64,000 nt of DNA from Chiloscyllium plagiosum (taxonomy: Eukaryota): contig NC_057749.1 of NCBI RefSeq assembly GCF_004010195.1, positions 6,717,416 to 6,781,415 on the forward strand, written 5' to 3'. A program made the position numbers and the translations under genes. The notes under the pieces were generated by a model that made no database searches, had not been told where the DNA came from, and saw only the letters and a program-made list of their open reading frames with translations. Below, in pieces: positions 1 to 12,230 of the stretch (position 1 is its first letter; each line of letters starts with the position of its first letter).

Positions 1-58
1 TGTGTGGGGGGGGGGGATATCTGTGTGTGTGTGTGGCGGGGGGGGGGGCGGGGGGGAT
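1..58. repeat. Poly-G/(TG)n low-complexity run
   Basis: Seen directly. Confidence 0.9.
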
Positions 59-343
59 GTCGGTTCATGGTGTTAAATGAGCTATGGTTCTTATTCTGGA
101 TTAAATCTTGGAACTTTTTATAAGAAGAAATTTTGTTTCAGAATAAGTGGGTTTTTTAAAAATTAATTGAAGAAGCCCCCGAATCCACTTATATTCTGGA
201 TTGTAGTACAAAAGAGGACCACCTGGCATTTTGGTGACCGAATCAACACATGTACAAATGGTGTGAGTAGAGGAGTAGTGGGACTTGATAATCAGCTCAT
301 TCTTCCTGTCACTGTGGTAACATGAGCCTCAAAGGAGAGGTGT

Positions 344-1018
344 TGTGATGACACTATATATTAAGAAGTGTGCTTTGACCTTTCTTTTATGAAGAGAGGT
401 TGAGACAGAGGTAGTGAGTGTCTGTTCCAAACCAATAACACAAACAGCTTGTGATGCCTTGGGTTTTTTAAAATTTAAAGTTGGAACAATAGAAGCAGCC
501 TGAATGGGTGGGGTCAGTCTCCCACAGAACCAGAGGTTTAGTTCAGCTTTCAGCAGTTGGTTGGAATTTGGATGTGGATGCTGTTACATCTCTCTTAGCT
601 GCTGCTAAAAGTTTGAGTTCTCTCTCTCTCTCTCTCTATCTATCTCTCTTTGCCAGAGTTTTCTCCTGATATCGTTTCCTCCTGGACTAGAGAAACATTG
701 TCTGTGAGACAATCTATTTTATTAAATTTGCCTTTGCCATGGGTGCATTTATGGGATGTTACTACATTGGAACAGTTGTTCTTTAGTAGTTAAATAATTA
801 TTCTGTTAAGTTTTCCAATAGAGTTAAAATTATATCAATTCTTCTTCTTTTGTATTTTAACCATTGGGTAAGAATAAAGTTCTCCTTCAAGCTGAACAGT
901 GTAAGCAATTGAAATACATCTGGAACATAGCATCTTACACTTGCCTCTAGATAAGATAAAAAGTTATGGTCTAGACTATCTCCTTGATATGTTTGAAGGG
1001 GGTTTGGTCTGGTCCATT
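344..1018 (+). mobile_element. Probable solo LTR
   Basis: Begins TGT; internal (TC)n at about 618-648; AATAAA at 873; end region ...gggggtttggtctggtccat. Terminal CA and TSD not found. Confidence 0.4.
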
Positions 1019-1190
1019 TGAAAGATGAAGATGATGATCTGAGCAAAATGCTTTGGAGGATATCTTGCTGGACTGACGGCTCTTCTGCCTTCGGTTTAGC
1101 TCACTGCTGGGTCAATACAGCACGTGACTTGACAACAAGGAGAATGCTGCGAGACACCCCCCTCCTCTACCTTCCGGGGAAAGCATTTGT

Positions 1191-1512
1191 GGGCGGCACG
1201 GTGGCACAGTGGTTAGCACTGCTGCCTCACAGCACCAGAGACCCGAGTTCAATTCCCACCTCAGGCGACTCTTTGTGTGGAGTTTGCACATTCTCCCCGC
1301 GTGGGTTTCCCCCGGGTGCTCCAGTTTCCTCCCACAGTCCAAAGATGTGCAGGTTAGATGAATTGGCCATGCTAAATTGCCCATAGTGTTAGGTGAAGGG
1401 GTAAATGTCGGGGAATGGGTCTGGGTGGGTTGCGCTTCGGCGGGTTGGTATGGACTTGTTGGGTGGAAGGGCCTGTTTCCACACTGTAAGTAATCGAATC
1501 TAATCTAATCAT
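1191..1512 (+). mobile_element. HE1-type tRNA-derived V-SINE
   Basis: A box tggcacagtggtt, B box gttcaattcc, V-domain gtgtggagtttgcacattctcccc, (aatct)n tail. Confidence 0.9.
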
Positions 1513-2795
1513 ATCAAACACTGGGACTGTAGGAAACCCAGGGTATGGAGGCACTGTTTTCATCTGAAGTCACAGCTTCTGTTGCTTGCTATGGAGTCTC
1601 TTTGGGAAAACCTGGAACAACTTTAAAAAAATTGGAATGGCCTAGTTAAGAGGAAAGGTGGGGGTGATTTGAGATCCACAACAGGAGCCTTAAGGGAGTA
1701 AGCCATTTAATCCCTCAAGCCTGTTCTGCCATTCAGTTACATCACCGCTTATTTGTATTTTAACTCCGATTTTATTCAAACTTGCCAAATAAAAATCTAA
1801 CGTTCCATTTTGAAATTACCAATTGACCACTGTTGTATAAAGTTATGGTTCTGAGAAGGTTTATGCCAAAGTTGTATTAATGTCCACTCAATCTGCTGAT
1901 GTCACTAATCTTTGGGTGGGGATTCACATGAGGTCCTAATGGAGACAGACCTGCTCCTGATAGTTTTGTCATGTTTTATGGTCAGAGACATACTTACAAT
2001 AGCACTACTGTATCGTAGAATGTAATCTGAGGGTTTGAGGATCTAAGTTGCATTTTAACTCCTGTCACTTAAAACATAACATGAAAACAAAGTGACTCTT
2101 TGTAACTGAACAGCTTAGCTCTAACCTAGAGACCTCTGTGTCTGTGAATGTAATAGTTGTATGTAACAATGATCTATAACAAACATTCTGTTGGATCCTT
2201 CAATACTATGTTACATATGTCTAGCTCTTGCATTATGGGGGTTAATAAAGGCATTGCCACATCAGGGTGAAGAAACCTTGCAGGAGACAAAACTTACATC
2301 ACAACCGCTCTTCAGTAGTTATGCCTAGCCTGTTAACTTGTACCTATTTCTACTGTGGAGTAAACTACCTTTTGTTATCTAAGACAAGTGCATCTTCTGG
2401 TTAAGACTTCTGGATGGTCTATTCTCTACCACTGACAATTAATTGAGGTCTTAGACCAACACACAAAGGCAGGACTGGTGGGAGTACTGTGCTCCAGCCA
2501 CAAACTGCGGTTAATAACTCAGATTCCAACGCAACTTCCAGCCTTAACAGGTTTTTTGGGGCAACAAGTTTTAGTTGCCTTCTCTGCCTGTTGTTTGATG
2601 TTTCTAATTTTAAAAAAAACACAGGAAACTACCCTCTGGTAAACTGGGGTGGTGCAACAAAATTCATTACAGGAACTTAAAAATGTTCCTGTGCTTTGTT
2701 TTTCTCCAATGCTCATATTTTGATGCAATGTTCCTTTAATTGCTGACAGTGAGGGAACCACAGTGAGGACTTTCTGTCTGCTCAATGGAGCTCAC

Positions 2796-2879
2796 CTGTC
2801 AACGGTTCCACCAGAAAAGACAACTCAAAGACAAAAGGGTCTTTGCCACAACCTTTTAGGTAATATATCCGAATGCTTG
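2796..2879 (-). other. Candidate 84-nt exon (3'-UTR or alternative C-terminal exon of the CELF gene)
   Basis: Strong acceptor tctcgtcttctcccatttttcag and strong donor CAG|gtgagc in non-repetitive sequence; open in the phase-1 frame. Confidence 0.45.
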
Positions 2880-3059
2880 CTGAAAAATGGGAGAAGACGA
2901 GATGAATGTTTGATGGCATGATGAGCCGGAAGTTTTCCTTTTGTCCTGTAACTCCTTTACTCTATGACTTTATGACTCTATCAGGAGGTAGCCACAGATT
3001 TGAAAAGCCAATTTGTCTTACCTATTTTGCAACCTTCAATCGGCTAATTGTCATAGTCA

Positions 3060-3890
3060 TAAACTCCTACTCTGGAAATAGAACCAGTCTGACTCAAGAT
3101 TGGGATACAGACAAACCCTAAGCTCACACCTTTAATGCAATGTCTAAGCTGAGGTGCCACTTCTTTTTGAAAAACTTTAAGTTATCTTGAGAATGTGATT
3201 TGAAAGAAGTTCTGGGATTTACATACTAATGAACTGAAACCTGCAACCCATTCTAAAAGATGAAAGACTTAACAGCAATTTAGGTTTGTTCAATATATCG
3301 GATCAGTTGCATGCACGACACTGTGATCTTTTGCTATAAATTCTGTGTCTTATGATCCTGCTCCATAGCTACCTGATGAAGGAGCAGTGGTCTGAATGCT
3401 AGTACTTCCAAACAAACCTGTTGGACTATAACCTGGTGTAGTGTGACACCGCACCAAGCAACCCCACTGCCCCGTGGCCAAACACTTCATCTCCCCTTCC
3501 TACTCTGCCGAAGACATGCAGGTCCTGGGCCTCCTCCATCGCCACTCCCTTACCACCCAATGCCTGGAGAAAAAATGCCTCATCTTCCACCTTGGGACCC
3601 TCCAACCCCATGGCATTAATGTGGATTTCACCAGTTTCCTCATTTCCCCTCCCCCCACCTTACCCTAGTTCCAACCCATTTATCTCTCCACGCCTGAGGC
3701 TCCCAGCCTCATTCCTGAATGAAGGGCTTTTGCCCAAAACGTCGATTCTCCTGCTCCTCGGATGCTGCCTGACCTGCTGTGCTTTTCCAGCACCACATTC
3801 TCGACTCTAATCTCCAGCATCTGCAGTCCTCACTTTTGCCTGACCTATAACTTTGTCTACCCCAGTTCAACACAGCACATCCACATTACT
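3060..3890 (+). mobile_element. PLE family B 3' repeat with nested family A fragment (about 3448-3840) encoding a GIY-YIG endonuclease C-terminus
   Basis: ORF 3474-3668 (AKHF.SPS...GLL...LIFHLGTLQPHGINVDF) resembles a Penelope EN tail. Degenerate hammerhead cores at 3373 and 3715. The family B tail resumes at about 3845, matching 25310-25350. Confidence 0.75.
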
Positions 3891-4415
3891 GCACTGAAAC
3901 AGACCCTTTGGTCCAACCAGTCCATGCTGAATATGTTGCCAAACTAAACTAGTCCCACCTGTCTGCTCCTGACCCATATCCCTCCAAACTTTTCCTATTC
4001 AAGTACCTATCCAAATGTCTTGTAAATGTTGTAATTGTACCCACATCTATCACTTCCTCAGGAAGGTCATTAAGGCTGTTACCTAATCCCAAGTGAGATA
4101 AGAATGCTAATAATTCCCTTGATAACAGATTTACTCAAAGAGTGAAGCATTATCTATGCAAACTTTCTGCCGCAATCCAGCACTCTTGCGTTATAAGTAT
4201 TTAATTAAGCAACACCCTTCAACTGACTGCCATCACAATATAATTAACATATACAGTACAACCTCAATTATCCGAACTTCGGATTATCCAAATGCGATCT
4301 CAAAGTCCCGTAAAAACGGCATTCGGTAACTCAGCATTCAATTTAACCGCATTATGAGGTACATTGCCGGATAACCGAGAAATATTTGCTAACTGGCACT
4401 CAAATTACCACTTGT

Positions 4416-4710
4416 TTAGATTAGATTCCCTCCAGTGTGAAAACAGGACCTTCAGCCCAACATGTCCACACGAACCCCCTGAAAAGTAACCCACCCAGAC
4501 CCATTTCCCTCTGACTAACACTATGGGCAATTTAGCATGGCCAATTCACCTGACCTGGACATCTTTGGATTGTGGGAGGAAACCAGAGCACCCAGAGGAA
4601 ACCCACGCAGAGAATGTGCAAACTCCACACAGACGCCAGAGGCTGGAATCGAAGCTGGGACCCTGGTGGTGTGAGGCAGCAGTGCTAACCACTGAACCAC
4701 CGTGCCACCC
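4416..4710 (-). mobile_element. HE1-type SINE
   Basis: Reverse complement of 1191-1512. Confidence 0.9.
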
Positions 4711-4776
4711 ATATTGGATTGACTAACAGATCAATTATCCGAACAAAATACTCCCCTCCCGTCTCATTTGGATAAT

Positions 4777-5533
4777 AAAGCAGGACTTATACACTCAATG
4801 GAAAGGTCCTGGGGAGTGTTGCTAAACAAATAGACCTTGGAGTGCAGGTTCGTAGCTCCTTGAAAGTAGAGTAACAGGTTGATAGGATAGTGAAGAAGGC
4901 ATATGCTATGCTTTCTTTATTGGTCAGCGTACTAAGTACAGGAGTTGAGAGGTCATGATGCGGCTGTACAGGACATTGGTTAGGCCACTATTGGAATATT
5001 GCGTGCAATTTTTGTCTCCTTACTATTGGAAGGATGTTGTAAAACTTGAAAGGGTTCAGAAAAGATTTACAATGATGTTGCCAGGGTTGGAGGATTTGAG
5101 CTACAGGGAGAGACTGAACAGGCTGTGGCTATTTTCCCTGGAGCGTCGGAGGCTGAGGGGTGACCTTATAGAGGTTTATAAAATCATGAGGGGCATGGAT
5201 AGGGTAAATAGAGCAAAGTCAAAAGGGTGGAGGAGTCCAGAACTAGAGGTTTAGAGTGAGAGGTGAAACATATAAAAGAGACCTAAGGGGCAGCTTTTTC
5301 ACGCAAAGGGTGTGGTGTGTATGGAATGAGCTGCCAGAGGAAGTGGTGGAGGCTCATATTATTGCAACATTTAAAAGGCATCTGGATGGGTAAATGAATG
5401 GGAAGGGATTGGAGGGATATGGGCAATGTCCTGGGTGGTAGGACTAGATTGGGTTGGGATATCTGGTCAGCATAGACGAGTTGGACCGAAGGGTCTGTTT
5501 CCGTGCTGTACGTCTCTATGACTCTATGACTCT
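4777..5533 (+). mobile_element. CR1/HER1-type LINE 3' fragment
   Basis: ORF 4955-5254 LYRTLVRPLLEYCVQF.SP...LERVQKRFT.MLPGL...LERRRLRGDLIEVYKI (CR1 ORF2 C-terminus); (ctatgact)n tail. Confidence 0.92.
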
Positions 5534-5809
5534 AATCGTGGTGCTATTGTAATTATCAACATAATTCTGTCATGTGCCATATCCACCTTATATCGTAAAT
5601 ACCCTTTGATCAGTCATAGATCTGTCCATTATCAGTTTGAATCGGCATTCCTTGTTCTATTATTATGGTGGACTGGAATGAATAAATTGGGAGAACATGT
5701 TTGCATTCATAGAAGGAACAACAACAAGACGGCATTGATTTGAAGTGAGCTGCAAAACACGCAGGGGTGGAGTGAGGAAATATCTTTCACTCAATGGGTA
5801 GAGGGGTCC

Positions 5810-6115
5810 AGTGGGCCCAGTGGTTAGCACTGCTGCCTCACATCGCCAGAGACCTGGGTTCAATCCCATCCTCGAGTGACTGTCTGTGTAGAGTTTGCAT
5901 GCTCTCCCCATGTCTGTGTGGGTTTCCTCCCCTAATCGAAAAATGGACAGGTTAAGTGGATTGACCAAGCTAAATTTTCCATGGCTTCCAGGAACGTGCA
6001 GGCGAGATGGGTTAACCATGGGAAAATGCAAGTCTATAGGGTAGGGGATGATCTTTGGAGGGTTGATTTGGATTTGATGGGCTGAAAGGCCTGCTTCCAC
6101 ACTGTAGCGATTCAA
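5810..6115 (+). mobile_element. HE1-type SINE within an old CR1 remnant
   Basis: Same head, V-domain and tail. Confidence 0.8.
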
Positions 6116-8419
6116 TGAATGAACTCTCCTTGAAACTGTGGTGGGAGGTAAGTCCAATTGAGACATTCAAGACAGCATTGGATGATTATTTGGATAGAAA
6201 TAATGTGTATGAGGAGAAAGCAGGAGGTTGGCGTTGGGTATTGATGCTCAATGAACTAGCCAGTGCAGGCACAATAGGCCGCATGGCCTCCTTCTGTGCT
6301 GTAACAACCCCGTGATTCAGTCCAGAGTAGATTTACCTTTATTTCGTGACTTTGCTTTTCTAACACTTCCATGTGTAGAAAGCCCCTCAATCACCGCATT
6401 TGAGAAACAGAAAGTCAAGCCTTCCACCAGATATCCCAGACAGCAGAACTCTCTGGTGTTTGGGAGCCTGGAGGCTGCAGTCCAGGGTTTAATTATAATC
6501 CCTCAACGTTAGGGCGACAGAAACGGCTGCTGGGTGAGTCCCGTTCTCGTCAGTGTGTGCATTTCAGTTTCAGAATCATTTGCTCTCACATACAGTGTTG
6601 CAGAATCTGTACGGTCACGGGATGCCAGTTCCTCTGACAGATCGGGAAAGGTGAGAGGGTTGGATGCCCCTGATTGACTGGTTCTTGCTATTTTCCTTTT
6701 GTTGACTGATCCCATTACAGGCACCCAATAGTGCCAACACGCAGTCACACATGTTCTTGCCTGGGTATATTTTGCCACCCACTTTGGAAACGAGCTTGAG
6801 TTGACCTCACTTGTTTTGTGTATTACAGTGGAATGGTATAATTTCTCCTGCTGCCTGTTTGACTTCATTGAAGAGAGTGGCAGCACACAGGTGTTAAATA
6901 GGCTGTCAGATCTCGTAAGCTTCAAGTCACATTGCTTCTGTTAACCTGATCCCTTAATGTACTTTACTCATTAGGAAGATGGAAGTTATTGGAGAGAGAC
7001 TCTTTTCATTAGAGACAGAAAGGTTGCGCAGAGATTTGACAGAGATGCTCAAAGTCAAATGGGGCCTGGCTTACATAGAATGGGGAGAAGCCATTCCCAT
7101 TGGTGGAACCATTGAGAGGGGACAGGCATTGGTAAAGAAACAATGGTGACACAAGGAAAAATTGTTTCTCCCAGTGAGTGGTTGGGATCGGAATATGCTG
7201 CTGGAGAGCATGGTGGAAGCATGTTCTATGGAGACATTCAAGAGAGAATTGAGATTATGATTGGAAAAGGAAGGACCTGGTGGGTTACAGGGAGAGGGAG
7301 AAGCAACGCCACTGGGTGCATTGACCATTTTGTGAGCTGCCACAGACATGATGGGCTGAATGACATCTGCTGTGTGGAGACTGACTCGACAGCTTTTTAC
7401 TCATGTGCCAGGGCTTCTCCTGTTATCGCAGTAGACTCATTAACAATCGTCAGGAAGAGATTTCAAATATAGTTTTTTGTCTCTTGATTCCTGAGGGCTA
7501 TCCATTTTGGGACACGTTTGGCTACTTTGCCTTTGAATTTGTGGGTTTGTTCGCTGACCCTGTGTGTTTCTCTGCAGAAAAACACATTGGCCCAACGAAT
7601 AAATCCACAACATCATCCACAACCCAAGCTACAGATCTTCTCAAGAACTCTACCTTGGCTATCTTTCTGAGACATCTCATTTCTGTTCATATTGTTCACT
7701 CTGTACAGTCTCTCACTAACTGTGGAGAAAGGGCTCACTTGGTACAATAACTAGCATATAGTTAACTGCAGCTTCTTCCCCACAACATTTCACATCTTCT
7801 CTGGAATCCCTAACTAGCATCTAAGAATTCTAGCCACATGCTTTATGTCCACAACCTTCCACATACCCATGGTGTCTCTTTACTCCTTTCACACCTTCCT
7901 AAGTATTCAGGTAATCAATGCACCCCATCATTCTCTCCAGCATGACGCATTTTACCTGCCCACGTTGTTTCTAACTGACCGACCTATCAGTATCATCTTG
8001 ATTAGTTTGGGTGCTTACTTGTTCTGCATGCTCGGCGTTGTGTTTTGAGGTTCTGTGCATCCCTGAATTATGTGTGGTGTGACAGAATGTAAGTTTTCAA
8101 GATTGTCCGTAATGTGGAAAGAAAGTAGATTTGGCTGGCCATGTCATCTACTGGAGTTCCATCCTGACAAAGAAAGGTTAAGCTGATTCATTTATTTCAG
8201 GGACTTGTGATTCTTAATAAAATTGAGACATCGTGACGCTGATGGGTTCATGATCTTTTTTTGTGCTAAAGACACCTGATGAACAGTTCTGATGAAGAGT
8301 CACTGGATTCAAAACACTAACTCTGTTTTCTCACCATAGATGCTGTCAGAGTATTATCAGCATTCTGTTTCTATTGCAATTTGATGAAACGCTTAGTAGG
8401 GACAACATAATCTCATGTA

Positions 8420-8625
8420 AAGAGTTGACTTGCTCAGTTGGCTTGCTGGAGATGCAGTGATGCCAACAATATGGGTTCAATTCCCATAGGTTACTATGAA
8501 GGATTCTCCTTCTCAACCTCTCCCCTTGCCTGAGGTGGGGTGACCCTCACGTTAAACCAACACCAACCATTTTTCTCTCTCTAATGAGAGAGCAGCTTTC
8601 CAGTCTGGTTGGACTACTTTAGCTT
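8420..8625 (+). mobile_element. Short tRNA-derived SINE family 4
   Basis: ttctcaacctctccccttgcctgaggtg..gtgaccctcacgttaaacca; inverse copy at about 24110-24330. Confidence 0.6.
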
Positions 8626-8799
8626 TTTAATCTCATAAACTAAACCTGAAAATGGAAAAATTCCACTGATGGAGAATTACTTTATCAGGCTCAACATCCT
8701 TACTGTATTTAATGTTTTCACTTTCTGGAATATCTTGTCACTGTTTCATAAGAATCTTACACCTTCCAGTGCACCAGATCTGAAATACCTGCTTAATTA

Positions 8800-9140
8800 G
8801 GGTGGTATAATGGCTCAGTAGTTAGCACTGCTGCCTCACAGCACTAGGGACCCGTGTTCAATTACAACCTCGGGCAACTGGGTCGGTGTGGAGTTTTGTA
8901 CATTCTCCCCGTGTCTGCATGGGTTTCCTCCCACAGTCCAAAGATGTGAAGGTTAGGTGGGTTGGCTGTGCTAAATTGCCCATAGTGTCTAGGGATGTGT
9001 AGGGTTAGCCATTGTAAACGTGGGGTTATAAGCACAGAATGGAGGTCTGAGTCTGGGTGAGATGCTCTTCATAGGGTCAGTGTGGAATTGATGGGCTGAA
9101 TGGCCTCTTTCTGATCTGTTTGGATTCAATGATTCTATGA
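8800..9140 (+). mobile_element. HE1-type SINE
   Basis: Same head, V-domain and tail. Confidence 0.85.
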
Positions 9141-10274
9141 ACATGTCTGACTTAAAAGTATAAATCTCGGCTGATGCTATAGTGGATTACGGCGGAACCT
9201 GTGGCTCCCTTCATTGATACATCAGCCGATGCTCTATCTGTTTATCCAGGTGTGCTTTTGCAATGGGGGAGCTGGTTGGGATTAGTATTCTGAAAGATAT
9301 TCTCAAATGGGACAAAGGGATTTCTTCAACTTGTAATTTTCTATGGATACGACACGCGGTATGTGCGATTCGTCTGTCAGTCAAACAAAATAATCTCCCT
9401 TTGCTGCTGAGTAATAGGCTTATTTTCAAATGTTACGCTGCCTTATGACAGTTCCAAAAATACAAATAATCATTTGAAGTCTTGCATGCTTCTGACAATC
9501 AGGAAATATCTTTGTAACACCTGATGTGAAGGAGACAGAGAAACCCCCGCCAGTCCCAGACAAAAGAAATTTTGAAACCATGCTGTGAGACATTAGTAAT
9601 GTTTGCACTAATACACTAGAATGAACTTCCAATAACTAGCCAATTATTATCAAAAATGACAGATTAGGCAAATTCACAAGTAGCGGAGTTCAAATTCACA
9701 CTTGCCTCTCCGTTACAATGTCCAAAGCCCAGATTCATATTGGAATTTGCTATGTAAACGTGTCACGCTGTACTTCTCATCTCCTGCCAGCAGAGGCATT
9801 GCAGCATCTGAGTTTTGTGATTTGCTTTATTCACTGGTAAAGCCAGCATTTATTGCCCACCCCTAAGGATAACTGAGAGACAACTCATTGCTATGGATCT
9901 GGAGTGGTGTTGCAGCTGTTCAGGGGTAAGGCCAGCAGGTTTCTTTACCCAGGAGGGTGTATTAGTGAACCAGAAGTGTCTTCGCAACTATTGATGGTGA
10001 CCATCACTATGGCTGCTTTCAATTCCAGATCTTTTTAATCAATATAAATTCCAGCAGTAGCCAATGGTGCAAACAGACTTAAGAGTATTAGCTCGTGGAT
10101 GGATTGAACATCCTAACCTATTTTCTCTGCTCCCCTGATTCTCCTAAATTTTGCTAAATACATAAGTGGTATCGAGTCTTAGCTTTATTTAAAATTTGGA
10201 AGGGCATGTATCATTGTAAATGGTAATTGTATTATTTCTATGCTCCCTGGTTAATTATTTCCCTCACTTTTTAA

Positions 10275-10710
10275 TTCTAATTCACCTCACACCATCCAGG
10301 ACAAAGCAGCTCACTTGACTGGCATCACATCCACTTCCTCTATGATCAGTAGCAGCAGTGTGCAGCATTGACAAGATGCGCTGCAGAAATTCACCAGAGT
10401 TCCTTAGACAGCATCTTCCAAACCCACAACCACTACCATCTAGAAGGGCAATGGCAGCAGATACAGCCAAACACTACCACCTGCAGGTTCCCTGCCAAAT
10501 TGCACATCATTCCAACTGGGAAATACACCTGTATGTCGGTGTGTCTTTAATGTTGCTGGGTTTCCTTCCCTAATGGCATTGTGGACCTGTCCACAGCAAA
10601 TAGACTGTGGCATTGCAGGAAGGCAGCTCATCACCACCCTCTCAAGGGCACCTAGGGGTAAGCAATGAATGCTGGCTCAGCTACCAATACCCATGAATGA
10701 ATAAAAACTA
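10275..10710 (+). mobile_element. Second LINE family 3' end (tail shared with SINE family 2)
   Basis: accatccaggacaaagcagc...ctcaagggca...aatgctggc...atgaataaaaa; related pieces at about 19400-19740 and 57690-57960 (-). Confidence 0.6.
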
Positions 10711-11936
10711 TATCTGGCCTTGCCCTTTCTGTGCACTACCACACGAATATTAGGCTATTAATGGAAAAAAAAAGTAGCCTTAAATAGGGTTTAAATAACC
10801 CACAACTGGCATGTCACACAGTGCTAATGTATTCATTGTTACTTTGCACATAGCATGTTTTCACCTCTCAGGGGCACTGGACACCTCTCAACGTCTACCA
10901 GAAACAGCACCCCCTTCCCCCACACCCGCACCCCTCTCCCAGCGTGGGGATGCAGCACCAGTCACTATCTATTCTCCTATACCGCCAGCTATGCCCAGAA
11001 TCTACACAGGCACATGCACTCCTAGGGTAGAATTTAATGCCCTTTTGTGAGTTAAGATCCATCAAGTGGGCGGATACAGAGTGGGGATTCACTGCTGCCT
11101 CTGCCTCCGATTAAGCGTGGAGGAGGAAGGCCAGTGGAGATATTTCTAACCCACCTGTTCAGAGATGTTATGACACACCTCAAGAGCGATTGGGACTTGG
11201 ACCCAGGCTTCCTGGGTCAGAGGTAGGAACACTACCAGTGTGCTGTAAGCACCCAGGAAGACGAGTGGATTGCCTTCCTGCCTGACACCAATTAATGCTC
11301 ACTGAAAGGTCTAATCCACCAGCGATGGGGAGGGGAATGACAGCGCCGTCTCTTGTCTTTAGGAAGAGTCCATCAGTCAAGGGCACTCGATATATAATTG
11401 AACAACCTGGCATCAGGAAGACTGGAGATTCCTATCAGAGTTGCTGATCCTGCCACTCTTTCCTCTGACTTACCCCTTCACTAGCTACCCCACCCTGCAT
11501 CACTGCCTCACTGACCTTTTTCCACAGATCCCTGGTGAAGGGCAAAGTGTATTACCTGCAGCAGCCATTGCTCCTGGGCGCGCCATTGGTAATGGACAGA
11601 CATTGGTTTCTGATTGACCCTCACATTTGTTTGGGAGGAAGTGCAGCATTTAAATGTCTCCCATGGAACTTGAGCCTTGGCAGCAGAGTTCCCAGCACGA
11701 GTTAAAAAATTAGTTTTCCCACATATCGGGGAATGGGGCTGCCGTGTTTTTGTTGGAGGACATTGCTTCCCTTGAGCACTACCATTAAATTCTGCCCCGA
11801 TACTGCCACAGGTATATACATGTTCACACACATACGCACACACACAGATCCATGAATGCATCCACACAAATACTCCCATGCGCAATGACCCATGTACAGA
11901 GATACAAATATTCTCATGCACACAATAATATACATA

Positions 11937-12230
11937 GTCTAAGAATCAGGGGCACGGCATTCAGGACTGCGATGAGGACGAATATCTTCACTCAGAGAGT
12001 TGTGAATCTGTGGAAATCTCTCCCACAGGAAGCTGTTGGGGTCAGTTCATTAGATATTTTCAAGAGGGAGCTGGGCATGGCTCTTGCGGCTAAAAGGATC
12101 AAGAGATATGGAGAGAAAGCGGGACTGGGATTACATGATCAGCCATGATTATATTGAATGGTGGTGCACACTCGAAGGGCCAAGTGTTCTACTCCTGCAC
12201 CTATTTTCTTTGTTTCTATGTTTCCATGTT
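11937..12230 (+). mobile_element. CR1 LINE 3' end
   Basis: FTQRVVNLW.SLPQ motif and CR1 3' UTR. Confidence 0.8.

Larger units (their letters stand above)
4254..5549. mobile_element. Tigger/pogo-like MITE interrupted by a SINE and a CR1
   Basis: TA|CAGTACAACCTCAATTATCCGAA left TIR. The right TIR is split into ttggataat (4768-4776) and aatcgtggtgctattg|TA (5534-5551). Confidence 0.65.

Noticed and set aside
1191..1265. tRNA-like A/B boxes
   Set aside because: SINE heads without an intact cloverleaf; not tRNA genes.
1018..1386. Recurrent ORFs with WLALLPHS...VSSHSPKMC and their antisense versions
   Set aside because: All are HE1 SINE translations.
2796..2879. Candidate exon as part of the expected downstream neighbour PARP6
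   Set aside because: The open frame does not resemble PARP6 as I recall it; unsupported without a search.
7555..7605. Plus-strand acceptor tgtttctctgcag followed by AATAAA
   Set aside because: No partner exon or coding signal; compatible with chance.
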